A DNA stretch of 64,000 nucleotides from Candidatus Hodarchaeaceae archaeon (GTDB lineage Archaea > Hadarchaeota > Hadarchaeia > Hadarchaeales > Hadarchaeaceae), in the NCBI GenBank assembly GCA_030018135.1, contig JASEGJ010000003.1:1-64000 (forward strand), in the 5' to 3' direction. The notes under the pieces are model-generated. The model worked only from the letters and a program-made list of their open reading frames with translations. It had not been told where the DNA came from and made no database searches. Every line of letters begins with the position of its first letter. Position 1 is the stretch's first letter. The translations under genes were made by a program, and so were the position numbers. Below, piece after piece: positions 1-9,582 of the stretch.

Positions 1-351
1 CCTCGTCGAGGTGTATCCCCCTTTGACCTTCGGCTTTGGCATTCGTTTGCGCTCAAATTTCTCCACCAGATTCGCGTACTTCCTAACCCAATTCAGGATG
101 CTTCCGTCCGAGATCCGGTAGCCGTGGTGCTGGTACATGTACTCCCTTATCTTGCTGAGGGATAGCCCCTCGACAAAGAGGTGCAGCACCGCAACGATGA
201 TTTCCTTTGGGTAGGTCATCCCCTCGAACCCATCGCGCTCAACGAAGTACCGCTTGCAATCCTTGCACCTATGCCCCTGCTTGGTAACGTACTTGTTCCT
301 GAGCTTGCCCGCCCTGATCACGTTTTCCGATCCGCAGTGTGGACATTTCAC
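1..351 (-). mobile_element. IS6/IS1-like DDE transposase, N-terminal part (runs off the window; frameshift just before the first catalytic motif)
   Basis: Manual translation from GTG at 351 gives MKCPHCGSENVIRAGK...HRCKDCKRYF (Zn ribbon), then an HTH-like GLSLSKIREY...ISDGSILNWVRKY. The expected IHLDE motif lies one base out of frame, after a 5-G run (positions 17-21). Not in the ORF track. Confidence 0.75.
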
Positions 352-506
352 GCTCTATCACTTTCTGTCCCCCACCAGCCTCGGTCAGCCTCCAAAATCC
401 ATGGGACTTGGTTGTTTAAATCAATAATCCTGAGGAAAACCCCTCTTCCGCAAGTTTTAAAAGAGTCCTTTTTCAAATTGTTCGATAGTGGGGATGACAT
501 TTGAGA

Positions 507-1853
507 ATGGAAAAATACGAATGGAAGGATAAATTCGGCGACAACGCATTGGTTCCAGTTCCTCTGGAGCAAAGAAGATCTGCGATGGCTTCTTTCTTGA
601 TCTTCACGGGAGTTCTCGCCTGCATAGCCGCCATCATGGCTGGGGGAACTTTAGGTTCGATGTTTTCGTTAAAAGACCTGATCATAGTCAGCGTGGTTGG
701 GTGTGCAATACTCGCGATAATAGGTGGGCTCACCGCGGTTATGGGGGTTACATCCGGGTGCTCGACTTACGTTAACATGAGGTGGCCCTATGGGAGAATT
801 GGGTCGTGGATTCTTGGGACGATCGTCGCAGGTCTTGCGTGTGGAATCGGGTGGTTCGCCATTCAAACTTGGTTTTTCGGGATTTTCGCAAATGCTCTAA
901 TCCCCATCGATATATGGATTTTTGCAGCAATCGGTGGTGCGCTTATGATATTGACTGCTGCCTATGGTTTCAGAGGCCTCGGTGTTCTCAGTTACCTCGT
1001 TGTTCCAATGTTCTTGCTACTCGCCGGGGTTGGATTTATGGTTGCCGTTGGAGAGGCTGGAGGTCTATCCGCTCTCCTCGCAGCCCAGCCTGCGACGCCG
1101 GCACCCACGGTGGTTGGGATTACAGCTGTGGTCGGAACATACATAGCCGGATCGATAATCACCCAAGATATAACACGATACTGTACGAGCGCTGCGGGCG
1201 GGGCTACAGCTTGGATCATCCAAGTGTTAATCCTGATGCCTTACATGTTTGTGGGAGCGGGAAGTATGATGCTTGTAACAGGAGAACTTAACATAGCAGC
1301 TGCGATGGCTGCGGCAGGACTAGGAGTCGGGGCCTTTTTGATCGTGTTTTTCGGTCAATGGACCACAAACGATAACAACCTATACAGCGGGGCTTTATCG
1401 GTTAACCTGTGGGCCCCGATTAAGAAGTGGATTTTGGTGGTGATCCTAGGAATGATAGGAACGGTTGTGGCTGTGTATTACTCCGTCACAGCTGGAGCGA
1501 ACGTAGGAGCCGCTTCTCCCTTCATGGATTTCTTAACTTTGCTGGGCAAGGCGTTGCCTGCGATAGGAGGGGGGCTGATAGCCGACTATTACATCTATCA
1601 ATGGTATAAAGGAGTGAAACTCTCGGAGAGATACCGCATCAAGCCCGGCATGGAGATCTCAGAGTTGAATTGGGTTGGATTAGTCGCAGTTGCGGCCGGG
1701 GTGGCTGGTGGCTTTCTCATCCCTTGGGGCATAGCCGCCATAAACTCGATTCTCTTAGCCTTTCTAGTCTACATCATCCTATCAATCCTGTTAGATAAGG
1801 CGGGGATACCTATCACGATAGGGAAACACAAACTTCCGGTGACTGGAACATGA
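507..1853 (+). CDS. NCS1 family (cytosine/purine/hydantoin) permease, CodB-like
   Basis: About 12 hydrophobic segments; motifs GIGWFAIQT, DITRY, QWTTNDNNLYSG, GGGLIADYY. ATG at 507 preferred over TTG at 501. Confidence 0.85.
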   Translation: MEKYEWKDKFGDNALVPVPLEQRRSAMASFLIFTGVLACIAAIMAGGTLGSMFSLKDLIIVSVVGCAILAIIGGLTAVMGVTSGCSTYVNMRWPYGRIGSWILGTIVAGLACGIGWFAIQTWFFGIFANALIPIDIWIFAAIGGALMILTAAYGFRGLGVLSYLVVPMFLLLAGVGFMVAVGEAGGLSALLAAQPATPAPTVVGITAVVGTYIAGSIITQDITRYCTSAAGGATAWIIQVLILMPYMFVGAGSMMLVTGELNIAAAMAAAGLGVGAFLIVFFGQWTTNDNNLYSGALSVNLWAPIKKWILVVILGMIGTVVAVYYSVTAGANVGAASPFMDFLTLLGKALPAIGGGLIADYYIYQWYKGVKLSERYRIKPGMEISELNWVGLVAVAAGVAGGFLIPWGIAAINSILLAFLVYIILSILLDKAGIPITIGKHKLPVTGT

Positions 1854-2242
1854 AGCCCGAACGTATAAGCTTAATGAGTGTTATTTTTTTCGCTTTATTA
1901 GGAATTGTACTCGTAGTTGTTGGAGCCTCGGCACTTGATGAAAGCATCTACGCAGGAACTATTTATGCTGTGATAGGGGCGGCTCAAGTCTTAATTTCTG
2001 TATTAACGTTTGCCTTCACCCGCGGTAAAATCAAGCGGGAATTTGGAAACACCATGGTCCTCGGTTGCTGGTGGATTCTGTCGGTTGGGATCGCGGGACT
2101 TGCTCTCTTCACATCCCCGCTATTCGCGATCTCGCCAGTATATAGCGTGGTATCGAGTCTCTTTGCAGTTATCTGGGTAGTTTTGGGTGCGTTCAACATG
2201 TGGTTAATGGTATCAAAAGTGGGGGCAGAAATAGTCGTTTGA
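1850..2242 (+). CDS. Hypothetical 4-TM membrane protein
   Basis: ATGA overlap with the permease stop; four hydrophobic helices. Confidence 0.7.
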   Translation: MKPERISLMSVIFFALLGIVLVVVGASALDESIYAGTIYAVIGAAQVLISVLTFAFTRGKIKREFGNTMVLGCWWILSVGIAGLALFTSPLFAISPVYSVVSSLFAVIWVVLGAFNMWLMVSKVGAEIVV

Positions 2243-2308
2243 GCTGACAATAAGCTTTTATTTTTCTATATCGAACTAATTACAATCTAAAAAATTTGAG
2301 GTGACAGA

Positions 2309-3415
2309 ATGGAAAAACTCACGACAGAAGACCTAAAAGATATAGTGATCGGAGCGACGTTTTTAGGCTCTGGTGGGGGAGGTTCACCCGAAAACGGACT
2401 AAAACTTGTCGATGAAATAGGTCGTATAACAAAAGAAGTCACCCTCGTAAATCCCAATGAGGTGCCAGACGGCGAGCATGTGGCGATGATAGCTGGTATG
2501 GGTAGCCCCATGGCCTTGAAAGAAAAGGGCTTTGGACCAGAAGCCATCTTCGCATTTGAGGGATTACAAAAGCTATATGGGTGGCTGGGAATTGACTTTA
2601 AATACATCATGCCTGGCGAGACCGGGGGATTCAATACAATAACGCCAATTTATGTGGCAGCCGCTAAAAAACTCACAATCGTCGATGCTGATGGCACTGG
2701 TGGGAGAGCTGTGCCGGATCTGGAAACCACGCTCTACTATTTGTATGGAATTCCCACTTCTCCATTCGTATTGGCCGATAGAAATGGAAACACGGTGATG
2801 GGGTGGACAAAGGACCCCATGGATGCCCCCTCATGCGAAAATATAGCCAGACATGTCACCACGGCATTCGGAATGCTAGCGGGACTCGGAACGTGGGTTG
2901 TTTCGGGTTACCAAATCAAGAATTGGCTAGAACCAAACGTCATAGCTAAATCACGTTCGATAGGCAAAGCCATTAGGGAAGCAAGGGAAAAGGGTGTGGA
3001 CCCTGTCACCGAAGTCACCAAAGTGGTCAACGGAATTGAGTTGATAAGAGGAGAGATCGAAAAGATAGAAACTAAAACGGTTGCAGGATTTGACTTTGGA
3101 AGGACTACGATAAGAGGAATCGATAAATTCGAAGGCAAGCGGCTTTTCATCGACTTCAAGAACGAAAACATGATATGTTGGAAAGCGTTGGAGGAGCCCG
3201 TTGCTATTGTTCCTGATTTGATGGGGCTGATAACACTCGACGGGAATCCGCTGACAAATGCCGACACAAAAGAGGGGATGAAAATTAGCGTGATCGCAGT
3301 GCCCGCATCCGAAAGATGGAGAAAGCATCCCAAATGTTTCGAACCTTGGAGGCCCATACTGGAAAAGATGGGATACAAGGGAGACTACATACCCGTAGAA
3401 AAGCTTGTAGGGTAA
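2309..3415 (+). CDS. DUF917 family protein (thiohydantoin desulfurase/desulfhydrase-like)
   Basis: Motifs GATFLGSGGGG, GMGSP, PGETGGFN, VDADGTGGRAVP, GFDFG, FKNEN, VPDL; GAGGTGA RBS. Confidence 0.85.
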   Translation: MEKLTTEDLKDIVIGATFLGSGGGGSPENGLKLVDEIGRITKEVTLVNPNEVPDGEHVAMIAGMGSPMALKEKGFGPEAIFAFEGLQKLYGWLGIDFKYIMPGETGGFNTITPIYVAAAKKLTIVDADGTGGRAVPDLETTLYYLYGIPTSPFVLADRNGNTVMGWTKDPMDAPSCENIARHVTTAFGMLAGLGTWVVSGYQIKNWLEPNVIAKSRSIGKAIREAREKGVDPVTEVTKVVNGIELIRGEIEKIETKTVAGFDFGRTTIRGIDKFEGKRLFIDFKNENMICWKALEEPVAIVPDLMGLITLDGNPLTNADTKEGMKISVIAVPASERWRKHPKCFEPWRPILEKMGYKGDYIPVEKLVG

Positions 3416-3421
3416 ATTACC

Positions 3422-4369
3422 ATGGGCATGAAAGAAGCAGCCGATGCAGCAGTTAAAACCTGCCTCAACGTTAAACAGGGAGAAACTTTCTTGGTGATAA
3501 CAGATACGGAGAAAGAAAATATTGGTAAGGCTTTATTTGAAGCAGGCTTGGACGTTGGTGCAGAAGCTTTACTTGCACTAATGAAACCAAGAACTAGACA
3601 CGGAGAGGAACCGCCGAGAGCCATAGCCGAGCTATGGAAAAGCGTCGATGTTTTTTTGGTACCGACGAGATTCAGCTTGACCCACACGCAAGCCAGGAAA
3701 AACGCCACAGATGCTGGTGCCCGGGGAGCCACGATGCCGGGGATAACTGAGGAAATGTTTCTCGAAACGATGGGTATAGATTACGTGAAAGTGCAAGAAA
3801 ACTGCGAAAAAATGAAAAGAGTTCTTGAAGGAGCAAAAGAAATCAGGGTGAAATCTCGCTTGGGTACTGATGTGGTGTTTTCCGTTGAAGGGAGAAGCCC
3901 AGTGATGGACACAGGGATGCTACATAGGAGTAGCGATTTCGGTAATTTGCCTGCGGGGGAAGTATTTATAGCACCCGTCGAGGGAACTGCCAACGGCGTG
4001 ATTTTTTTCGACGGCTCTGTGGCTGAGGTTGGAGTCCTGACCGAACCCATGAAAGTTGAAGTTAAAGACGGTAACGCTGTCAGAGTGAGCGGAGGGGGAG
4101 CCGAGCAGTTCAAAAAAATTCTCGAACGAGCTGGGAAGGAAGCGTATAACATTGCTGAAATAGGGGTCGGGTGCAATTTCGGAGCGAGAATCGTTGGCAA
4201 TATACTAGAGGATGAAAAAGTTTACGAAACCATCCATATAGCTTTCGGAGACAACAGCACCATTGGAGGGAAAGTAAAAGCTGGCATTCACCTAGATGGG
4301 CTGATCAAGAAGGCTACCCTCATCGTGGATGGAAGGGAAGCGATAAAGGATGGGAAATGGCTAGTCTAA
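3422..4369 (+). CDS. M29 family (thermophilic leucyl aminopeptidase-like) metallohydrolase
   Basis: Motifs HGEEPP, SLTHT, NLPAGEVFIAP, AEIGVGCN, LEDEKV..TIHIAFGDN, IHLDG. Confidence 0.85.
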   Translation: MGMKEAADAAVKTCLNVKQGETFLVITDTEKENIGKALFEAGLDVGAEALLALMKPRTRHGEEPPRAIAELWKSVDVFLVPTRFSLTHTQARKNATDAGARGATMPGITEEMFLETMGIDYVKVQENCEKMKRVLEGAKEIRVKSRLGTDVVFSVEGRSPVMDTGMLHRSSDFGNLPAGEVFIAPVEGTANGVIFFDGSVAEVGVLTEPMKVEVKDGNAVRVSGGGAEQFKKILERAGKEAYNIAEIGVGCNFGARIVGNILEDEKVYETIHIAFGDNSTIGGKVKAGIHLDGLIKKATLIVDGREAIKDGKWLV

Positions 4370-4589
4370 GATCGAATCGAAACTTTTTTCAAGTGTGGAT
4401 TTATGAAATTATTTTTGTCAAATGCTCGCTCATTAGCCGCAAACCACCTCAGCCTTTGGCATGACCCTTAGGACCTTCCTCACGGGTCTGAGCCCGATTA
4501 ACGATGGTGTGTTTAATCGAACCATCGACGAATATGAAGGGCGGATGAGGACAGGACATTCGAGTTAGGTCTAGACTACGAGGTGAAAT

Positions 4590-4877
4590 ATGAGCAAGGG
4601 CGGGGTTATAAAAGACGTCCTCAAAGCAACGCTTCTGGTCGTTTTCGGCACCGGCTTCCTCATCATCTTCGCGAAAATCGCCCTCCACGGCCACCACGTC
4701 GCCCTCGAACCAAATCCCGCGATCCTGTGCGTGGAGATGCTGGCGGCGGGGTTCGCGATAATTTTGGGCCTCGAGGCGCTGTGGAAAACGGGGGGGTCGT
4801 TGAGCGAATCCCTAAAAAAGTGGATGATATCGCGCTCCTCAATCGCGGGGAGAGAAGGAAAAGGAAAAAGGAGGTGA
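4590..4877 (+). CDS. Small hypothetical membrane protein (2 TM)
   Basis: GAGGTGA RBS before ATG at 4590; two hydrophobic segments; sits directly before the integrase start. Confidence 0.55.
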   Translation: MSKGGVIKDVLKATLLVVFGTGFLIIFAKIALHGHHVALEPNPAILCVEMLAAGFAIILGLEALWKTGGSLSESLKKWMISRSSIAGREGKGKRR

Positions 4878-4883
4878 GAAGGC

Positions 4884-6079
4884 TTGAAAGCGAACCCAAC
4901 CGTTTCAGAGTTTCCAGAGTTTCAGCGCGACAAGCTCAAGCTTTCCGATGCAAGGCGCGAGACATAAACACGCTTTTTCAGAGAAATGGAACTCAAAGGG
5001 GCAAGCTTCGAGACCATCAAGGGATACATAAAAGCCATCCGGACCTTGGGCTACGACGGCAAGCCGTACGAGGAGTTGACGAGCGAGGACCTAATGTCAT
5101 GGATGGAGCGGATAGGCTCAAACGGGTGGAGCGTACACACGATAAATTTGTACAGGCGAAAGATCAAGCACTTCCTCCGCTGGGTCCACGGGTGCAGGTC
5201 GACGAAGGATCCAACTCCCGAAGCTCTCAGGTGCATCCAGCAGCAGCACATGAGGCGAGAGCTTCCGAAGTCCATCCTATCGAGGGGGAGATAAAGCAGC
5301 TAATCGATGCATGCGACAATCAGCGAAACCATGCGTTAGTGTTTGTTTGCTACGAGTCGGGAGCGAGAGCCAGCGAGATCCTAGGGATAAAGATCAAGGA
5401 TGCCGAATTTGACCAATTCGGAGCCGTGCTTCACATTCGAGGAAAAACAGGTAAGCGCATGATAAGACTTGTTGAGAGTGTGTCGGACCTGAGGCTCTGG
5501 CTCTCGATGCACCCCGACGGCAAAAACCCAGATGCATGGTTATGGCCGGGGCGAAAGCAGAGTGGTGGACCGCTTTCAAGGGTCACTTTTGAATGGCTAC
5601 TCGCAAAACTCGGAGAAAGGGCGGGCCTGAGCAAACACATACATCCCCACCTGTTAAGGCACTCGAGGGCCACGCACCTAGCAAATGTGCTAACCGAGCC
5701 CCAGATGCGGGAGTTCTTCGGCTGGACAAAGGCAAGCTACATGCCCGAGATATACGTGCACCTCAGCGGGCGGGACGTGGACGCGACTTTGCTCAAACAC
5801 TACGGGATAAAGATTGAGACACCGGCGGAAGATCCGCTGGAACTCAAGACGTGCCCGTGGTGTCAGGCCGTAAACTCGCCGAGCGCACGTTTCTGCCAGC
5901 GGTGCAACGCCCCGTTGGACCCGGCGAGCGCGGAGAAGGCCGCGGAGAAACAGAGAAGGCGAATGGAGTTCACCGAGTGGTTCATCGAGCGGATGCTCCA
6001 AGAGGCTCCAAGTGCCGCCGAAAACGCCCTCAGAGAGAAGCGGGAGGAGCTCGCAGAGCTGGCCAGTGGTGATGCATGA
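4884..6079 (+). pseudogene. Tyrosine recombinase/integrase with C-terminal Zn ribbon, disrupted
   Basis: TTG at 4884 after GAGGTGA; in-frame TAA at 4965-4967; frameshift at a 5-G run (5284-5288). The catalytic half is intact: ESGARASE, GKTG, HPHLLRHSRAT, FFGW, IYVH, CPWC..CQRC. Confidence 0.85.
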
Positions 6080-6146
6080 AAAGTAATTTACGGTTGGGAA
6101 AGCAAAGTAACCCTAAAGTGACGGCACGATAACCCTTTGTTGTCCT

Positions 6147-6434
6147 CTACTTAACCATCCAAAGGGAAAGAATCGTGGAGAGAGCGGCAAAAACGCAAAT
6201 GGTTAAGATGAACAAAAGAAATGGTTTTTGCATCTTTAATAACTCAATGGCTGGCTTAGAAATCGCATAGATAGATGCCGCACATGCCAAATAGAACCAG
6301 AGCACCACGGTCGAGACCGCTAGTATGGAAAAATTTAGCAAAAGCATCAAAAATGCGACAAAACCGGCCACGCAAGTCGCAATCGTAAACGGATAGAAGA
6401 GGGCCAAGATAAGGACTTTTTTACGGGACTCCAA
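6147..6434 (-). CDS. Hypothetical membrane protein (3 TM)
   Basis: Hydrophobic ORF 6 bp downstream of the DUF61 gene on the same strand. Confidence 0.6.
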   Translation of the reverse strand: MESRKKVLILALFYPFTIATCVAGFVAFLMLLLNFSILAVSTVVLWFYLACAASIYAISKPAIELLKMQKPFLLFILTICVFAALSTILSLWMVK

Positions 6435-6440
6435 TTTTTT

Positions 6441-6839
6441 TCACCCCGTCATGAAAAAATACTGCGTGGTCGTTGGAAGATTTTTCCGCAAGATAGCCAC
6501 TTCCGGGCGATAAATAAGGAGTTCATCGTCAGTACCTTCTTTTCTAAGGATTTGGCCGACCACCTTCACCTCGATGTTGCCAATTATCTTGGCGGCTCCT
6601 TTACCCAGCTTCAGGTCAAATGAAATGAATATTGGCAGCCGCAATTTTTCCCAGTCTGTTTCTGGTAACATCTTGGCCAAAAGTTCGAGCTCTTCGCGTT
6701 TAAAGACATGAACACTGCCATCCCCCGCGACGACATGTGGTTCGGCAGATCGCAGGGCATCCTTAAGCGAAAGGCGTTGTTTTGGGATGCGAACGTTTAG
6801 CTTGCTTAACTCAAACTTTATCAAACGGTCGACGCTCAT
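6441..6839 (-). CDS. DUF61 (UPF0216) family protein
   Basis: Pattern LN..IP..R.SL...L....P.V...DGS.H.F...ELE.L, LRLPI, LPTTTQY; overlaps the atpD stop. Confidence 0.75.
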   Translation of the reverse strand: MSVDRLIKFELSKLNVRIPKQRLSLKDALRSAEPHVVAGDGSVHVFKREELELLAKMLPETDWEKLRLPIFISFDLKLGKGAAKIIGNIEVKVVGQILRKEGTDDELLIYRPEVAILRKNLPTTTQYFFMTG

Positions 6840-7477
6840 GCCCTTGCCTCAAACATGGCTTTGATTCGCTTTAGGCGAGAAAAATTCTCCCTTTCCATCT
6901 CGTCGAGCCTCATTGCTATGAATTTCACCGTAGCCTTCAGGCGTGGAATTATAATGTAATCGAGCGCGTTCACCCTCCGCTTCGTCTTCTCGAGTTCTTT
7001 CGCGATGGCGCGAGCCGATTCCTCGAGCTCCGCTAACTCGATCAAGAGCTTGAGGGCTTTTTCAAATTCCCTTGATGCATCATCCAGAACGGAAGATGTG
7101 GCATGAATGCTGTAACCCCTAGTCAAAGCGGTGCGCTCAACCTTCTCAACTCTTAGAGTCGGAACGATGATTCCCATGATGTGGCGCGTTGATGTATCCA
7201 CTTGTAGCTCGCGCTTCGCCTCCTTGGAAGCCTGCCTAGTTTCAATGGTGCCCATAACGGCAAAACAAATTGATAGTGCTCGATACGAGGTTGACAACTG
7301 CTCAAATGCTCCCACCCTTGCTTCCTTAATCCTCCTCAATATTTCAAAAAACTCGATGACGAGGGCATCCTTTTTTTCCGTGAGCAGATCATACCCCCGC
7401 TGGGCCAAACTAACCCTTTGCTTCAGCTTTAGGAGCTCCATTCTAGTGGGGGTTATCATTTCTATCGCTGCTGCCAT
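6836..7477 (-). CDS. atpD: A/V-type ATP synthase subunit D
   Basis: PTRMELLKLK...GYDLL.EKKDAL, KTKRRVNALDY, LDEMERENFSRLK. Confidence 0.97.
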   Translation of the reverse strand: MAAAIEMITPTRMELLKLKQRVSLAQRGYDLLTEKKDALVIEFFEILRRIKEARVGAFEQLSTSYRALSICFAVMGTIETRQASKEAKRELQVDTSTRHIMGIIVPTLRVEKVERTALTRGYSIHATSSVLDDASREFEKALKLLIELAELEESARAIAKELEKTKRRVNALDYIIIPRLKATVKFIAMRLDEMERENFSRLKRIKAMFEARA

Positions 7478-7478
7478 A

Positions 7479-7817
7479 TTAGCTACCCCTTATTTTTTCA
7501 ACGACTTTTGTTCCGACGGTACGCCTAATCAGCTCGCGCAGCTCGTCGATTTCTGGCGTAAACCCGGTCTTATCCGGGATCCTTAATACGACCGGGAGCA
7601 ATTTCTTCGCTCTCATTATCCATCTGAATTCCTCCCCGAGTTCCTCGACCACACGATGGGTTATCAATACAAGCCCGATATCCCCGCGCGCGAAGAGTTC
7701 CCTAAGTTTGGCGAGCGTTTCTCCCTTTTCAACGTGGACGTGAGTGTAGGGCACGCTAGCTAGGGCAAAGCCAGTTACGGTATCCACATCGCCGACTGCA
7801 GCTATATTATAGCTCAA
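7479..7817 (-). CDS. atpF: A/V-type ATP synthase subunit F
   Basis: IAAVGDVDTVTGFALA, IPDK.G, LIRRTVG. Confidence 0.95.
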   Translation of the reverse strand: MSYNIAAVGDVDTVTGFALASVPYTHVHVEKGETLAKLRELFARGDIGLVLITHRVVEELGEEFRWIMRAKKLLPVVLRIPDKTGFTPEIDELRELIRRTVGTKVVEKIRGS

Positions 7818-8946
7818 TTTTAGGTACCCTCACTAACATCTCTTTGATTTTTTCTGGCTCGACCTTATCGACCTTAAGCCTCATAATCGTGCGCAAGTTC
7901 CTGATCTCCGCTTCCTTCGCGTAAACGTGGGCGAGTACTGGGGCCAGGCTGAGCAATTTTACAATCGACATCCATTTACAGATTTTGAGTTGTCCCTCGT
8001 CGAGCGCCTTTTCCATCGCCAATAGCGAACCCGTGGCCTCAAATTGGGGCAGGGCCCCCGACAGGATCGGCCCATATGAAGTGTGGGATATCACATCGAT
8101 GGAGGAAGGGACATCGTCGGCAAGGATCATGGACCTCAACATCTCGTCCGATAGCTCACAGGATGGCCTAATTACATACTTATCGATTTCATCGGGCGGT
8201 ATTCCTTCTTTTTTGAGTCGCAGGATCAACTTTATGTTTACTGCATCTATCTCGTAACCGACCACCGCCCTCAAGACCGAGCGCTGGGCCTTCTTCCTCA
8301 ATACCTCAGTCCATAGGCTCGAGTAATAATGCTTGTCCAAAGCCGAGGTCAGAGCAATTAATCCCCTCTTTTTATAGTCTTCAAGGGCCGCGGAAATGAC
8401 ATCGAAGTATTCCGTCCCCTCTATGTACTTGAGGAGTTCCTCGAAGCTTTCCGCCGCCGCCAATAGCTCAAGCCTGCTAGGGGGGGAGGTCGGGGAGGGG
8501 ATCATCTCCCTCATCCTTTCTTCCTTGGGGACCTTGTTATGGATCGCGGCAAGCAACGTTTTAAGGTTCCAGAGGTCTATTCTTTGAATCAATCTCGCGA
8601 TGGCCCCCCTTCCTTCCTTGGGTACCATTTGAAGGAGCTCTTGGTAGCGCACGCTGAGGCTTGCCTTTAGGGCCCGCTCGACTGCGACCACATCCACTTC
8701 TTCAACCCTTGGGACATCCACAAGGTGGGGGCCGTAATCTGTGTCGTCCAAGCCAGATAGGATGTTCACGACCCTTGCGGCATCCGCGAACTCGAGCAGG
8801 CGAGCCTCCGGGATGGACCTCGCCTCCCAAGCGCTGATCTTCGCGCTACAATAGACATAGGGTATCGTGCGCCTGGCGTGCGTGATGACAAAAACAAAAA
8901 AAATGGTTATGAGCGCGGACACGATCATTAAAGCTAAGGTGTTCAT
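7807..8946 (-). CDS. atpC: A/V-type ATP synthase subunit C
   Basis: PYVYCSAKI, DLWNLKTLL, EIDAVNIK.ILRLK, KEAEIRNLR; short N-terminal hydrophobic segment. Confidence 0.93.
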   Translation of the reverse strand: MNTLALMIVSALITIFFVFVITHARRTIPYVYCSAKISAWEARSIPEARLLEFADAARVVNILSGLDDTDYGPHLVDVPRVEEVDVVAVERALKASLSVRYQELLQMVPKEGRGAIARLIQRIDLWNLKTLLAAIHNKVPKEERMREMIPSPTSPPSRLELLAAAESFEELLKYIEGTEYFDVISAALEDYKKRGLIALTSALDKHYYSSLWTEVLRKKAQRSVLRAVVGYEIDAVNIKLILRLKKEGIPPDEIDKYVIRPSCELSDEMLRSMILADDVPSSIDVISHTSYGPILSGALPQFEATGSLLAMEKALDEGQLKICKWMSIVKLLSLAPVLAHVYAKEAEIRNLRTIMRLKVDKVEPEKIKEMLVRVPKIEL

Positions 8947-9569
8947 GTAGACCCTTCGAAGAGAATCTTTGCTACCCTCACCCGCAGAGCCTCGAATTCC
9001 CTTTCCATTCTAGCCTCCAAAGTGTCGTCGACCTCCATCTTCCGATCAGGCGTTCCAACCCTGACCCCACCGATGGTTTGAATTGGTTCACCGAAAGAGA
9101 TACTTACTGGCCTATCTGCCGCCACCACGCGAGCGAGCTCGCCCTCATTTTTTTTGAGGAGCTTTAAGTCCCGTTTGTTGGCGTATATAACCGAGTTGTC
9201 CGAACCGAGTTTTTTGCACGCGCCTATGGCGATGCGAATGAGGTCCCTCTCGTATTTTTCGGATGATGTATATTCCACAAGCCTCCCCTTCGCGCCTCTG
9301 AATACCTCATTTACGAGTTCTTCCCTCCTCCGGAGCACCTCCTTTTTTGCCCTCATCCGGCCCTCCGCGAGCATTGCCTCATATGTTTGCTTGCCCACCG
9401 CCTTCGCCTCCTCTACCTCACGCTCTCCTTCCTCCCTCGCGGTGAAGCGGGCGGCATCCAAGATGGTCTTTGCTTCCCTTCTTGCGGCTTCGATTATCCT
9501 AGCCGATTTTTCGCCCGCCTCTTTGAGTATCTCATCTACTATCAATTGTGCACCTTTGTCGGCCGGCAA
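8943..9569 (-). CDS. atpE: A/V-type ATP synthase subunit E
   Basis: Coiled-coil N-terminus, IGGV..G.PD..M.VDDTLEAR; start re-assigned to TTG at 9569. Confidence 0.92.
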   Translation of the reverse strand: MPADKGAQLIVDEILKEAGEKSARIIEAARREAKTILDAARFTAREEGEREVEEAKAVGKQTYEAMLAEGRMRAKKEVLRRREELVNEVFRGAKGRLVEYTSSEKYERDLIRIAIGACKKLGSDNSVIYANKRDLKLLKKNEGELARVVAADRPVSISFGEPIQTIGGVRVGTPDRKMEVDDTLEARMEREFEALRVRVAKILFEGST

Positions 9570-9582
9570 GGTACAACCCCCT

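Noticed and set aside
4583-5290. N-terminal ~235 aa of the 498-aa ORF 4583..6079
   Set aside because: Arg/Pro-rich shadow frame. The real coding frames are 4590..4877 and the shifted integrase N-terminus.
4370-6146. tRNA gene or att direct repeat at the integrase
   Set aside because: No cloverleaf, TTCGA/TTCAA T-loop context or direct repeat was found by eye on either strand.
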